DNA of 64,000 nt from an uncultured virus (IMG/VR IMGVR_UViG_3300029305_012016) (lineage: Duplodnaviria; Heunggongvirae; Uroviricota; Caudoviricetes). Within the stretch, counting starts at the first letter, position 1. Each line of letters opens with the position of its first letter. The stretch is taken from IMG/VR virus record IMGVR_UViG_3300029305_012016, one strand, 5' to 3'. The notes below the pieces were generated by a model that was not told where the DNA came from, did no database searches, and saw nothing but the letters and a program-made list of their open reading frames with translations. Both the position numbers and the translations under genes were made by a program. Below, in pieces: positions 1 to 9,900 of this stretch.

Positions 1-3000
1 TCATTCTTTGGGTGATATGAGGGATACGGCCTCCTTTGCCCTATTTGCGACGCGAAAAGTAGCCTTTCGTAACTCTCCGGTCACTTTATCATGGAACCAT
101 AGTTCGGTTCCCATGGGGTCTTCATAGGACTTGAGGATGGGATAAACCTTCATCCAGTCGGCGATCGTTCCTCGGTAAATATACTTCTTTGCATTTGCCT
201 GCAATACAGCGACCTTTATGGCGGAAAGCTGGAGTGTGGAATCCCCGTTATAGCTGTCGGATCTTACTCTACAAGAGATACAGAGGGCAGCTCCGTCCTT
301 AATGATGGAGCTGTATTGTTCATACTCCTTTACGAAGCACATTACCTCGATGGACCCGCTGAGATCACAAAGATCAAACGCAGCAAAATTGCGAGAATCT
401 TTTTTTCTCAGCATCTCTCGCTTGTTTCTCACGATACCGCAGATAGTGACGAAACCCTCACCTTCGATATCGGAGATGTTGACTACGCCACGAATCTTCT
501 TTGCAGTAGGGACATACTTTTCAAACGGATTACCGGAAACATAGAATCCAAGTAATTCCATTTCGTCTTCCAGCTTCTTATCGAGGTCTTCTTCTGCCGG
601 CACGTAGACGGCTTCAGCGAGATCCTTTTCCAGAGCATCAACCGCTTTTTTTGCTGTCGCAATAGAACGAAGAATGGATTTTTCGGACTTTGCGTCTTGC
701 ACTTGCGCGAGAGAATCCTCCAGCTCCGCAATTCGAGTCAGCTTCTTTTGCAGTTCCTTCTGCTTGCTCAAGAAACCGCCAATGCCTGCAAGAAGTGATG
801 CACGCTTACCACCGCAGAAAGGATCAAAGGCTCCTGCCTTAATAAGAGTTGTGAAAGCGGATTCCGTCATTTTTGGGATGCGCTTTGCCACATCCTTAAT
901 AGAGGAGAAAGCTCCTTTGGCTCTTTCGGAAACGATTTCGCCACCGATACTGGAGAGTCCCTTGATATCATTGAAGCCGAAATAAATCGTCTTTTTGTCG
1001 GTAGCTGCAAAATTTACATCGGAACGATTGATATTGGGAGGAAGAACAGAGACACCAAACTGAGTGCATTCAGCCAGCAGTCCGGGGAGTTCTTCATGTT
1101 CGGCAATCGACATGACAGCCGCCATGTATTCTGCCGGGTAGTAATATTTGAGCCAAGCGGTCTTATAGGCCACATCTGCGTAGCAGGCAGCATGAGACTT
1201 ATTAAAACAATAATTCGCGAACTCAAGAAGCTGCTCCCAAAACTCGTTTGCTTCTTTTTCAGATGCACCGTTCAAAATGAGACCTTCAATAAAGCGTCCG
1301 TAATAATTCGTCTTTTCGTCCGTCAATACAGACAGCTTCTTCTTGGACATGGCACGACGAATAATATCTGCCTCTCCGAGCGAGAAACCGGCAATTTTAT
1401 GGAAAATCGACATGACCTGTTCTTGATATATAGGATAACCATATGTCGGAGCCAGGATTTCTTCCAGACCCTTTGCAATATAGCGGGGAGTTTTCCTTCC
1501 ATGCTTAACATCTGTAATAGCGGGAAGATACTGCATAGGACCGGGTCTGTAAGCGGCGTTTAACAGAATCAGATCCTCAAAAGAGTCAGGTCCAAAATTC
1601 TTCAGACTCTTTTTCATTCCTCCGGATTCAAACTGAAAAACCGCCGTTGTCTTACCCGCTGCAAAAATCTCTCTGATAACAGTTTTATCGAAAGGCTTTT
1701 GTAACTTCGACACATCAATGGTAATGCCGTAATTTCTATATACAGCTCTTACGGTATCTGTGATAATCTTGAGGTTCTTCAGACCAAGAAAGTCAAATTT
1801 GAGAAGCCCGAGCTTTCCTTCAGCCTCGACCATATCGCACTGGGCGACCCATTGTTTCTTGTCTGTGTTGAAGTGCAGCGGGACATAGTCGCTGAGGTCG
1901 TCAGAATCAGAGATAATGATGCCTGCTGCATGCATTCCGTACTGTACACAGACGGATTGCATTTTCTTTGCATCGTCCACAAGCTTCTTTGCTACGGGAT
2001 CAGCCGCACACAGCATATCTAACTCTGGAGAGTCGAAGGAGTCAGAGAACTTAGAACAAACCTTTTCCACCAAGCTCAACGGGACTCCGGTAACACGGCC
2101 CGCAGCTCGAATAGCACCTTTGCCTGCAAGAGTGCCTTTCGTAATAATGCCGGAAATTGCCTTTTGACCGTAGAGCTCTCTTACATGGTCGATAACCTTA
2201 CCTCGGATATCGGGGCTATAGTCCGTATCGATATCGGGCATGCTGACTCGTTCAGGATTCAAAAATCGCTCGAAGAGCAATCCATATTCCATCGGATCGA
2301 TATCGGTAATCCCACACAGATATGCGGCCAAAGAGCCTGCGGCACTTCCTCTACCGGGGCCAATGGTGTATCCAACTTTTTCAGGATACTCCTGAATGAG
2401 GCTCCGACCATACGCGATATTGTCTTGCACGATGCAAAGGTAGTCGGAAAAGCCCATCTTTTCAATAACTTCCAGCTCATATTGGAGGCGCTGCTCTTTC
2501 TCTGCGTCCCAATTGGAGGGGTAGCGAGAAGAAATACCTTCATAACAAAGACGCTTTAACCGCTCTCCGGGGGTTTCATCAGGAAGGCCACCCTTGAAAG
2601 TGGGATAGTGTTTTCCTTCGGGGAAGCTAAAATTGCAGGCATCCACGATAGCCTTGATGCCATCCATTGCCTTATGACAAGTTTCCTCCGTCAAAATCCT
2701 TCGCAAGGAAGTAAAAAGCTCTTCATCAGTTTTAATGTAAAGCTCTCCGTATCCCTCCTCCTTGAAGGTTTCCGGGGTAATCACTTGATTAAAGCGCGTT
2801 GCAGTAATTAACGCACGGGCGTAGGCATCTTCCGGCAGTGCATAATGTGCGTCATTTGCTGCAACAACTGGAACATTCATCTCATGTGCGATCTCTGCAA
2901 GAATTGGCATGCAATAGGCTTCAGCGGAAATCCCGTGATACTGTAGCTCTATAAAGAAATTGCCTTCGCCAAAAACGCTGACAAAATAAGCGCAAGCCTT

Positions 3001-3900
3001 CTTTGCCTCAGCTTTCAGCACATCAACGGATTCATGAGAGGCCATCAATTCCTTGATTTGAGCTTCCAATGCAAGCCACTTATCGGCACTTTCTTTTTGG
3101 GCTTTCAGACCCTTCCCGGCTTCTGTGCGACCTTTTTTCTTCTTGGCAATTTCTTTTTTAAGAAGATCTAACGTCTGCTTAGCATCCTCAATCTTTTGGA
3201 TTTCGGCTTTCAAGGCCAAACATTCTTCCGTACCTTCATCAAGAGCTTTCAGACGGCGAACCATGCCAGCCGTACTGCGTTTTGCAACAGCAGAGATTTC
3301 ATCCCTCTGCTTGATCAAGGCGTCAATTTCCTCGGCAGCCATTTTGTCTGCTTGCATTGCTGACATATAGCTTTCGTCAGCAGGAGTATACTTGGCCTGT
3401 TTCTTTCTGAGAGACTGAATTGTGCTGTTATGACGTTCATTACGGCGCAGGATTGCGGCCAAAACACCACCGGCGCAAGCGCTTGTGGCGATAACATGGC
3501 CATGACCAATAGAACCGGGTCCAAACCATCGCTCTAAGGTAGCATTGGTCATTCTCGGATATTGTTCCTTGCCAACAAAGATAGCCGAGGAGTAAGATTC
3601 CTCAACAGCCTTCATCAACGATTGATATCCAACAAAGTCCTTTGTCCAAAGAATAATGTGGTCTTTATCCGGTTCCTCCATCGTCTTTGCGTGATAGCCC
3701 TCCACGCCAATAACAGGCTTTACTCCTGCTTTGTTGCATTTTTCAACAAAACTGATTACCCCTGTTAAATAGGCATGATCGGATAGTCCGATAGCTTTTG
3801 CTCCCAGTTCTGCACCGCGATCTACGAGCTGGCCGATTGACATTTCTGAATCTCGCACGGAACAGTCAGTGTGACAGTGTAGTATTCCGTCTTTTATCAT
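1..3900 (-). CDS. dnaE: DNA polymerase III alpha subunit (DnaE-type) with two coiled-coil insertions
   Basis: PHP motifs HCHT, DH, GVE, SAC, NDAHY; GPGRGSAAGS; catalytic PDIDTD and LLKFDFLGL; FNKSHA; C-terminal OB fold. Confidence 0.97.
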   Translation of the reverse strand: MIKDGILHCHTDCSVRDSEMSIGQLVDRGAELGAKAIGLSDHAYLTGVISFVEKCNKAGVKPVIGVEGYHAKTMEEPDKDHIILWTKDFVGYQSLMKAVEESYSSAIFVGKEQYPRMTNATLERWFGPGSIGHGHVIATSACAGGVLAAILRRNERHNSTIQSLRKKQAKYTPADESYMSAMQADKMAAEEIDALIKQRDEISAVAKRSTAGMVRRLKALDEGTEECLALKAEIQKIEDAKQTLDLLKKEIAKKKKGRTEAGKGLKAQKESADKWLALEAQIKELMASHESVDVLKAEAKKACAYFVSVFGEGNFFIELQYHGISAEAYCMPILAEIAHEMNVPVVAANDAHYALPEDAYARALITATRFNQVITPETFKEEGYGELYIKTDEELFTSLRRILTEETCHKAMDGIKAIVDACNFSFPEGKHYPTFKGGLPDETPGERLKRLCYEGISSRYPSNWDAEKEQRLQYELEVIEKMGFSDYLCIVQDNIAYGRSLIQEYPEKVGYTIGPGRGSAAGSLAAYLCGITDIDPMEYGLLFERFLNPERVSMPDIDTDYSPDIRGKVIDHVRELYGQKAISGIITKGTLAGKGAIRAAGRVTGVPLSLVEKVCSKFSDSFDSPELDMLCAADPVAKKLVDDAKKMQSVCVQYGMHAAGIIISDSDDLSDYVPLHFNTDKKQWVAQCDMVEAEGKLGLLKFDFLGLKNLKIITDTVRAVYRNYGITIDVSKLQKPFDKTVIREIFAAGKTTAVFQFESGGMKKSLKNFGPDSFEDLILLNAAYRPGPMQYLPAITDVKHGRKTPRYIAKGLEEILAPTYGYPIYQEQVMSIFHKIAGFSLGEADIIRRAMSKKKLSVLTDEKTNYYGRFIEGLILNGASEKEANEFWEQLLEFANYCFNKSHAACYADVAYKTAWLKYYYPAEYMAAVMSIAEHEELPGLLAECTQFGVSVLPPNINRSDVNFAATDKKTIYFGFNDIKGLSSIGGEIVSERAKGAFSSIKDVAKRIPKMTESAFTTLIKAGAFDPFCGGKRASLLAGIGGFLSKQKELQKKLTRIAELEDSLAQVQDAKSEKSILRSIATAKKAVDALEKDLAEAVYVPAEEDLDKKLEDEMELLGFYVSGNPFEKYVPTAKKIRGVVNISDIEGEGFVTICGIVRNKREMLRKKDSRNFAAFDLCDLSGSIEVMCFVKEYEQYSSIIKDGAALCISCRVRSDSYNGDSTLQLSAIKVAVLQANAKKYIYRGTIADWMKVYPILKSYEDPMGTELWFHDKVTGELRKATFRVANRAKEAVSLISPKE

Positions 3901-3941
3901 CTTTCTGAACTCCTTTCATCTTATAATATCCAGACACTTAT

Positions 3942-3955
3942 ATTATGTAAGAAAA
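3942..3955 (-). promoter_or_regulatory. Element-specific promoter motif copy (dnaE)
   Basis: minus strand TTTTCTTACATAAT upstream of dnaE RBS. Confidence 0.7.
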
Positions 3956-3966
3956 CCACGACAAAC

Positions 3967-3994
3967 AAAACCCGAGGAGAAAATACCCCTCGGG
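3967..3994 (-). terminator. Intrinsic terminator
   Basis: CCCGAGG/CCTCGGG stem followed by T-run on minus strand after 4003 stop. Confidence 0.65.
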
Positions 3995-4002
3995 AATTGC
4001 GT

Positions 4003-6189
4003 TTAAGATAAATATTTCGCAGGATCAGTCGGCACTCCGTTGTCCCAAATCTCGAAATGAAGTAAGCCGACGTCGGATGTAGTTGGATCTGTTGCAGTGC
4101 GACCGATCCATTGGTCTCTTCGTACCGAATCACCAATAGCTACTGTTACAGTGGATAAATTCTTATATACAGACATAAGGCCGTTCTCATGACGAATCTG
4201 TATATAACTATTGCCCGATGCTTCCGTTCCTACAGCGATTACAGTGCCGTCCTCAACTGCATAGACTTTTGCGTTGAGGTTTGTCTTGAAGTCCATTCCG
4301 TTATGCGGCCCGGAGAAATGAGGGTTATCCGGAATGACACTGCCGAACGGAATTGTCACGGCGATACTGTTTCGGATCGGACAAGCGAGGAAACTGTTAA
4401 CTGAACCGAGAAATTCGTAGTCAATAGATGATGTATATGTCCCGGCGTCAATTACGGTTCCGCCTGTGGGACGAATCACCTTTATGATATTCTGTCTCTT
4501 TGCAGAATATGGACCTATAACACTGACCTTGGTATTTTGCCCTGGCTCAGCGGATGCAATGGAAGACTCAATGATCGTAGCATTTTTTGTTGCAGGGTCA
4601 TATCCAACGAAGATTGCGACATGGTCTCCACCAAAAGAGCCCGTCTCGTTTACCTGAACAGTCATTTGTGTCCCATCCGGAGCCGTTACTACAGTGGGAT
4701 AGTTCCAAACAATAAGGTCTCCCGGTTGCATGAGAGCGAAAACGCCATCGTCGCACTCCCTCAGATAGGATGTGATTTGTCCACGGTCAAGTTCGCTTGT
4801 AGAGCCATCTCTGTTTTCTCGAATATCTCCTTGGTACATTTCTGCGTCACTGGCAGTCTTGTAGCCGCAGTAGTATTTTCCTGTACGGCAAAACAGATGC
4901 GTCGGCTCCGAGTCGGAGAACACAAGAACCCCGTTATTTGTGATTCGATCCACGCCGTTAATTGCAGCATAGACAGCTTGATACTGAATTTGACTACAAT
5001 CTGTAGGTACTTGCGCTCCGATAAAGGCCGAACTATCCTTCCCTTCGAAGCACATCATATTTAGCAGAACTTCAGCGTAAGCCTGTTGCGTCGTGTACGA
5101 TTCGTTTTTACAAAGGAGTGCTACAGCGCGAACAACGTTTTCGACATCCGCTGTCGAGATTGTGTGCCCAGTATAAGGAGATGTAGCTGGCAATATATAG
5201 CGCCCTGCATCGTTGTAGGCAGGAACAATACTGCCAACATGTCTCTCATACGGCGTTTGGGTTTTTTTGGCGTCATATGCAGATTGAGCAGCCGTCGCAT
5301 TTTCTACTCCGTTCCAAATGAGTACACCCGGAGTCGATGATGCCCACGCTTCGATGCCACTTACTGCAGTTCCGTAATAAGTCCAATCAACTCCACAATT
5401 ATACCAGCACCAACTTACAAGAGCGGCACAGTCCAAGTAATAATCCAGGAACCGTCTGGACTGACTATATGGGCCTCGAATACCGAGGCGGGAGTACGCC
5501 AGCTCCACAGCATATCTTTGTTTATCGGCTTGCGAAAGGGCTGTTACGTTAGGAAGTTCTAAATCAGATATATACATATATCCCGTCCCAACGAGATCGT
5601 CGTCAGATGTATATAAGGCATTTATATTGTTTTCTACACTCAAACTTCCATTACCGGACATGATTGTGTATTTAACATGGGCAATTCCGTTAGCATAGCT
5701 ATATACATGTACGAGATCATATCTCTTGAGCTGAACCACCGGCACAGACATCCCGGCATCCGAGTATACCTTTGCAAAGGGAGTTAATACACATCTGGAT
5801 AGATCTGGAGAATTTACTCTTGGGACGCCCGTAACAATGGGAAGGGTTTGGGATGGCTGATTGCCAACAATATATGTAGTCGATATAGTGGAACAAGCTC
5901 GCCCACTGCCGTCAATATATGTCGCTCCCACAACATATTCCCCACCCGATAATTGACGTGCAGGGATTGCGAGTTGCATGGAGCTACCGACTATAGGACT
6001 GGTAATCCCATATGCGATAGCTCCGTTACGCTGGACGACAAGAGAAATTTTACCGTCTGTAGAAATCCCACTTAATGTTACTGTGGCAACACCGGAGTCC
6101 ACAGATAGTCCTACGAGATCTACGCCCTCCGCATAGACCACTGAAAGAAGAAACGATAGAACTAAAAATATGGATATAACTTTTTTCAT
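4003..6189 (-). CDS. Secreted cell-wall hydrolase: SH3-like + split NlpC/P60 (with nested SleB-like domain) + M23 peptidase
   Basis: signal peptide; LDCAALV (Cys254), QPGDLI, GDHVAIFVG (His523); C-terminal HNGMD...LHFEI M23 motifs. Confidence 0.85.
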   Translation of the reverse strand: MKKVISIFLVLSFLLSVVYAEGVDLVGLSVDSGVATVTLSGISTDGKISLVVQRNGAIAYGITSPIVGSSMQLAIPARQLSGGEYVVGATYIDGSGRACSTISTTYIVGNQPSQTLPIVTGVPRVNSPDLSRCVLTPFAKVYSDAGMSVPVVQLKRYDLVHVYSYANGIAHVKYTIMSGNGSLSVENNINALYTSDDDLVGTGYMYISDLELPNVTALSQADKQRYAVELAYSRLGIRGPYSQSRRFLDYYLDCAALVSWCWYNCGVDWTYYGTAVSGIEAWASSTPGVLIWNGVENATAAQSAYDAKKTQTPYERHVGSIVPAYNDAGRYILPATSPYTGHTISTADVENVVRAVALLCKNESYTTQQAYAEVLLNMMCFEGKDSSAFIGAQVPTDCSQIQYQAVYAAINGVDRITNNGVLVFSDSEPTHLFCRTGKYYCGYKTASDAEMYQGDIRENRDGSTSELDRGQITSYLRECDDGVFALMQPGDLIVWNYPTVVTAPDGTQMTVQVNETGSFGGDHVAIFVGYDPATKNATIIESSIASAEPGQNTKVSVIGPYSAKRQNIIKVIRPTGGTVIDAGTYTSSIDYEFLGSVNSFLACPIRNSIAVTIPFGSVIPDNPHFSGPHNGMDFKTNLNAKVYAVEDGTVIAVGTEASGNSYIQIRHENGLMSVYKNLSTVTVAIGDSVRRDQWIGRTATDPTTSDVGLLHFEIWDNGVPTDPAKYLS

Positions 6190-6204
6190 ACAGCGCCCAC
6201 CTTA

Positions 6205-6795
6205 TTAAAGAGATAGTTGGCATCCGTAAGATGCATCACACACAACACAGACCGAAATGCCTTCGGGGAAAGCGGCATCCACAAACACTGCATTAGCTGT
6301 TTCTTGTGCGGAACGAATAGCTGCTTTTACGGCGTCACTCTCAACATCCGTCAAGTTCCTGCCCAACCAAATTCGGAGGAAATCGATTGATTCCTGTGCA
6401 GTGGTTCCACTATAGGCGGTATGAAATAAGGTTCGGAAATACATTCCATCCATTTCATCAATCGTTACTGTTCCACCGGAGACGAGGGGCGCAGTATAGG
6501 AGTTCATAAAATCATCTACAGGCTCGCATACGAAGGGCGTTACAGTATAACCATCAAACCACTGCATAACTACCTGACAGTCTGATCCACTTTCGGAGGA
6601 CGAGATGTCTACCGGATCTGTAGTAGTCGGAGCTACAGTTGTATTTTCGACTTCCGCAGTAGAGGCCGACTCGGTTTGACTTGAATTTGGAGCTGTGCTT
6701 TCGTAAACAGGAAGATCAGAATTAGAATTGTTGCAGGCCGTTAAAACGAAAACAATAGCGAGTAGAAGGATTGAAATTGTTGTCTTCAGTTTCAT
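6205..6795 (-). CDS. Putative lipoprotein
   Basis: lipobox LTAC after hydrophobic signal; S/T-rich linker. Confidence 0.75.
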   Translation of the reverse strand: MKLKTTISILLLAIVFVLTACNNSNSDLPVYESTAPNSSQTESASTAEVENTTVAPTTTDPVDISSSESGSDCQVVMQWFDGYTVTPFVCEPVDDFMNSYTAPLVSGGTVTIDEMDGMYFRTLFHTAYSGTTAQESIDFLRIWLGRNLTDVESDAVKAAIRSAQETANAVFVDAAFPEGISVCVVCDASYGCQLSL

Positions 6796-6812
6796 AAAAT
6801 CACCTCGCTATT

Positions 6813-6826
6813 ATTATATATGAAAA
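6813..6826 (-). promoter_or_regulatory. Element-specific promoter motif copy
   Basis: minus TTTTCATATATAAT upstream of 6795 start. Confidence 0.65.
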
Positions 6827-6869
6827 CCGATAAAAAAAGAGAGAGACGAATAAAACATCTCTCTCTTCC

Positions 6870-7658
6870 TTAGAAGGCGGAATTTTCGTTTTTCCAAACG
6901 GCCTGTGCTGCCGCAGTTGTATACAGGTTGCGGTCGCTGACAGCGAGACCATTTCCGTATTTTCTTGAAATTTCAAGGATTTCATTGCAGGCAGTCTTGA
7001 TAGCTCTCGAAACGCAGGACTCGCCCACAATATCGCACAGCATCTTAGGTAGCGTCGAAGAGTTCCGCGTGCGGAACACTTCTTCGAAGCCCCAAATCCG
7101 AGACTGGCAATGTGTATCGATTATTTGGCGATATATATCCGGATCCTCTCTGAAAAGAGAAAACAGCGGATCTCTGTCTATGCACGTCTTAACGACAAAC
7201 AGAATATTCCCATCGTCTTCTTCAAATTCATCAATTTCGGCTCCTTCGGATCGGAGAGACATCGCGTATTCATAATCATAGGTTGCCTCTTTCGATGCGT
7301 AAACCGGAATTGCGGGCAAATTGATAGTCTGCCTTGCTTCGTATGAGATAAAGCCGAGAGTTTCTTTTTCTTCTGTTTGATAATACTCTTCTCCGCCACA
7401 AATCTCTGCCACGTACTGTACTGCTTCCGGAAAGGAGCAATCGTTTATAGTGGCTACCATATCGAAGACATCCAGTTTTGCCCCACAGGAATAGCACCTT
7501 AACCCTCGATGGTCGAGGAAGCAGCTTCCGATTTTTTTGTCTGCATGAGCCGGACACAAAACCATAATGCGGTTGCCACGACGATGCAATGTCAAACCAA
7601 GACTTTCAGCAACCAAAATCGCATCTGCATCTTGTTTGATAGCTCTTTTATTCAGCAT
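6870..7658 (-). CDS. CHC2 zinc-finger (primase ZBD-like) protein with no TOPRIM domain
   Basis: CPAH...CYSCG..LDVFD..F.EAV pattern of DnaG zinc-binding domain; remainder unrecognised. Confidence 0.8.
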   Translation of the reverse strand: MLNKRAIKQDADAILVAESLGLTLHRRGNRIMVLCPAHADKKIGSCFLDHRGLRCYSCGAKLDVFDMVATINDCSFPEAVQYVAEICGGEEYYQTEEKETLGFISYEARQTINLPAIPVYASKEATYDYEYAMSLRSEGAEIDEFEEDDGNILFVVKTCIDRDPLFSLFREDPDIYRQIIDTHCQSRIWGFEEVFRTRNSSTLPKMLCDIVGESCVSRAIKTACNEILEISRKYGNGLAVSDRNLYTTAAAQAVWKNENSAF

Positions 7659-7699
7659 CCACCTATCACTCCTTTCATCACATAATTAGTCCCTACTAT

Positions 7700-7713
7700 A
7701 TTTTACAAGAAAA
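7700..7713 (-). promoter_or_regulatory. Element-specific promoter motif copy
   Basis: minus TTTTCTTGTAAAAT. Confidence 0.7.
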
Positions 7714-7724
7714 CAAAACGAAAT

Positions 7725-7750
7725 AAAACCCGCACCATTGAAGGTGCGGG
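7725..7750 (-). terminator. Intrinsic terminator
   Basis: CCCGCACC/GGTGCGGG stem + T-run on minus. Confidence 0.7.
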
Positions 7751-7762
7751 CTTAGGTTCTGT

Positions 7763-9805
7763 TTATCCGCTAACGTAATTCTCAAGCTTTAATTCTACCG
7801 TTTGTTCCGAATCGAATTGTTCGAAGCGGATTACTACCGACTGATTTTCGGAATGATACTTCGTAGTTACAATGTTTCCCATCTTATCAACGAGAATTGT
7901 ATACTCCGTAGGAGGCGTGCTTGTATGCTCGTAGTATTTGTTAAACTGAAGAGCCGTTTGGACGGTTTCTATGAAAGCAGACATCTGTTCCGGAGTAATA
8001 GCACCTATCGTGATCTGATAGCGACCTGGGCCTTCAAAATACTGCCCTTCTTCGCCAATGCCGGGGTGAATGATTTGCGCTACAAGACTGGCAATATACG
8101 CCTCTTGTCCTGCTTCATCGATATAGTATTCCGGCTTCAGTTCTATCGTTTGCTCCGAATCAAATCTCTCAAATCGGATCACAACTGACTGCACTTCAGA
8201 ACCGTATTTGATAGTTACGATATTGCCCATTTCATCAGCAAGAATAACAAGCTTAGTGGGCACAGTAACCTTGACCTCATAGTATTTTCCGAATCCTAAT
8301 GTTGTTCGTATAGTTTTCGTGAATGTAGATATCTGTTCCGAGGATACGGCATTTATTGTAATCTGATAGCGACCGGGACCCTCAAAATATTCCGCCTCTT
8401 CGCCGAAACCAGGGTGAATAATTTGTGATATGAGATCAGAAATGTACGCTTCCTGTAACGCAATAGGATCTTCCGTGATTTTTTCAGTGGGGTCTTCCGT
8501 TACAGGTTCGGTTTCAGAAGGTTCCGGTTCGGTAGGCGGCTCCTCCTTAGCGGGAATGGTCCCCAAAATGGAAAGTCTGTGTTTTTGAAGCGAATTATAG
8601 CCTTGACCGGCGAAGTCAAAATAGTTATATACTTGAATCTCACCGGTTTTATCTAAAATCCTTGCCGAAGAAATAGTGATGTCGAGGGTTCCCACTTTTT
8701 CCCCGGTAGCAGCATCACAAACGAGAAGATCAAACTCCGAGGTATATCCATATATCTCCAGAATAATTTCCCCTTTAGTATGATCCATTAAGGAGATAAG
8801 TACATTTTCGCCGTCCTTGAGCTTTTCCAAAATATTTTGAAGGTCGGTTAAGGCCACATTATTCTTCCCGAATCTTTCCTTTGGCAGAGATTTGACGTCG
8901 CATTGAACCCGGTCGTTCTCCAGAACGATGGAAGTTGCAGTTTGGAGATCTGCTGACGTTATTTTTTTACAAGTGATTAAACCAAATCCGTTGCTCGGTA
9001 AGACAAATGAGAGTACGTCCGAATACCAAGACGACTCCATCAAGATGTCTTTGCCTAACAGAGACAGTCTGTTGTGTTCTGTCAGTTTGGTATCACTCAA
9101 AAATACAAGCAAGTCGCTCTCGTTTGCCTCAATGCGGTAGGAGCCATTCGAGTGCTGTTCCAACAAACTGTGGGCTCCGTCTTTGATGGCGTAGGCAAAA
9201 CCGGATCGGGGGAACTGAGCCCACCCGATAAATCCAGAGAAGCGGAATATATTGGGCGAACTTTCGATTACGCTTCCGTTTGCGTGAGACTTGTAATCGT
9301 CTGCCCACAGAATGACATCATTAACCTTAAACGGGTCATTTGCTGCAATTCCAAGATTGCGAATGTAGTTTTCTGCGGCTGATTCATACTTCGCAGGATT
9401 TGTGTTTGTGATAAACAATTCAGCGTAGTCGCTGACTCCATCCTTGTCGTAATCCGGGACGAAAGCGTTGGTCCCGTATTTATTCTCCAGCTCATTGATC
9501 AAGCCATCGCCGTCAAAGTCCTCGTTGGGAGCATTTCGGAACAAAGATATCGCTTCCTCCATGGCTGCATCATTCGGTTTCATCGTAATAGGGGAGGCAG
9601 TTTTTGTCGCATCGGGAGCAGAGAAGACAAGGGGCGGCAGATAAATTATCAATATCAATAAAGCCAAAACACCAATGAGAATCAGCTTCACTCTGGACTT
9701 TTTTGGGGTCACGGCCGGCTTGCCCAAATAATATACAGGGAGGGTGATACTGCCCACCTCTTTTTCTGCGATGGTCATTTTCTTTCTTAATCTATTTCTA
9801 CCCAT
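7763..9805 (-). CDS. Membrane-anchored protein with DxDxDG Ca-binding repeats and a duplicated ~115-aa C-terminal domain
   Basis: N-terminal TM helix; DFDGDGL and DYDKDGVSD; QEAYI..L..QIIHPG.GEE..YFEGPGRYQITI occurs twice. Confidence 0.75.
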   Translation of the reverse strand: MGRNRLRKKMTIAEKEVGSITLPVYYLGKPAVTPKKSRVKLILIGVLALLILIIYLPPLVFSAPDATKTASPITMKPNDAAMEEAISLFRNAPNEDFDGDGLINELENKYGTNAFVPDYDKDGVSDYAELFITNTNPAKYESAAENYIRNLGIAANDPFKVNDVILWADDYKSHANGSVIESSPNIFRFSGFIGWAQFPRSGFAYAIKDGAHSLLEQHSNGSYRIEANESDLLVFLSDTKLTEHNRLSLLGKDILMESSWYSDVLSFVLPSNGFGLITCKKITSADLQTATSIVLENDRVQCDVKSLPKERFGKNNVALTDLQNILEKLKDGENVLISLMDHTKGEIILEIYGYTSEFDLLVCDAATGEKVGTLDITISSARILDKTGEIQVYNYFDFAGQGYNSLQKHRLSILGTIPAKEEPPTEPEPSETEPVTEDPTEKITEDPIALQEAYISDLISQIIHPGFGEEAEYFEGPGRYQITINAVSSEQISTFTKTIRTTLGFGKYYEVKVTVPTKLVILADEMGNIVTIKYGSEVQSVVIRFERFDSEQTIELKPEYYIDEAGQEAYIASLVAQIIHPGIGEEGQYFEGPGRYQITIGAITPEQMSAFIETVQTALQFNKYYEHTSTPPTEYTILVDKMGNIVTTKYHSENQSVVIRFEQFDSEQTVELKLENYVSG

Positions 9806-9841
9806 ATTTTCATCTCCTGTCGGAATAATGTTTGTATCTAT

Positions 9842-9855
9842 ATTATATAAGAAAA
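9842..9855 (-). promoter_or_regulatory. Element-specific promoter motif copy
   Basis: minus TTTTCTTATATAAT. Confidence 0.75.
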
Positions 9856-9860
9856 CTAAG

Positions 9861-9894
9861 AAAAAAACACGCCACCGTAATGATGGCGTGTTTT
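9861..9894 (-). terminator. Intrinsic terminator after recD2 pair
   Basis: AAAACACGCCA/TGGCGTGTTTT inverted repeat. Confidence 0.75.
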
Positions 9895-9900
9895 CGTGTT

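Noticed and set aside
3001..3450. DnaE insertion as an intein
   Set aside because: No N-terminal C/S block, no terminal HN-C/S/T at the end of the insert (the HNS is at its start), no LAGLIDADG motif; composition is coiled coil.
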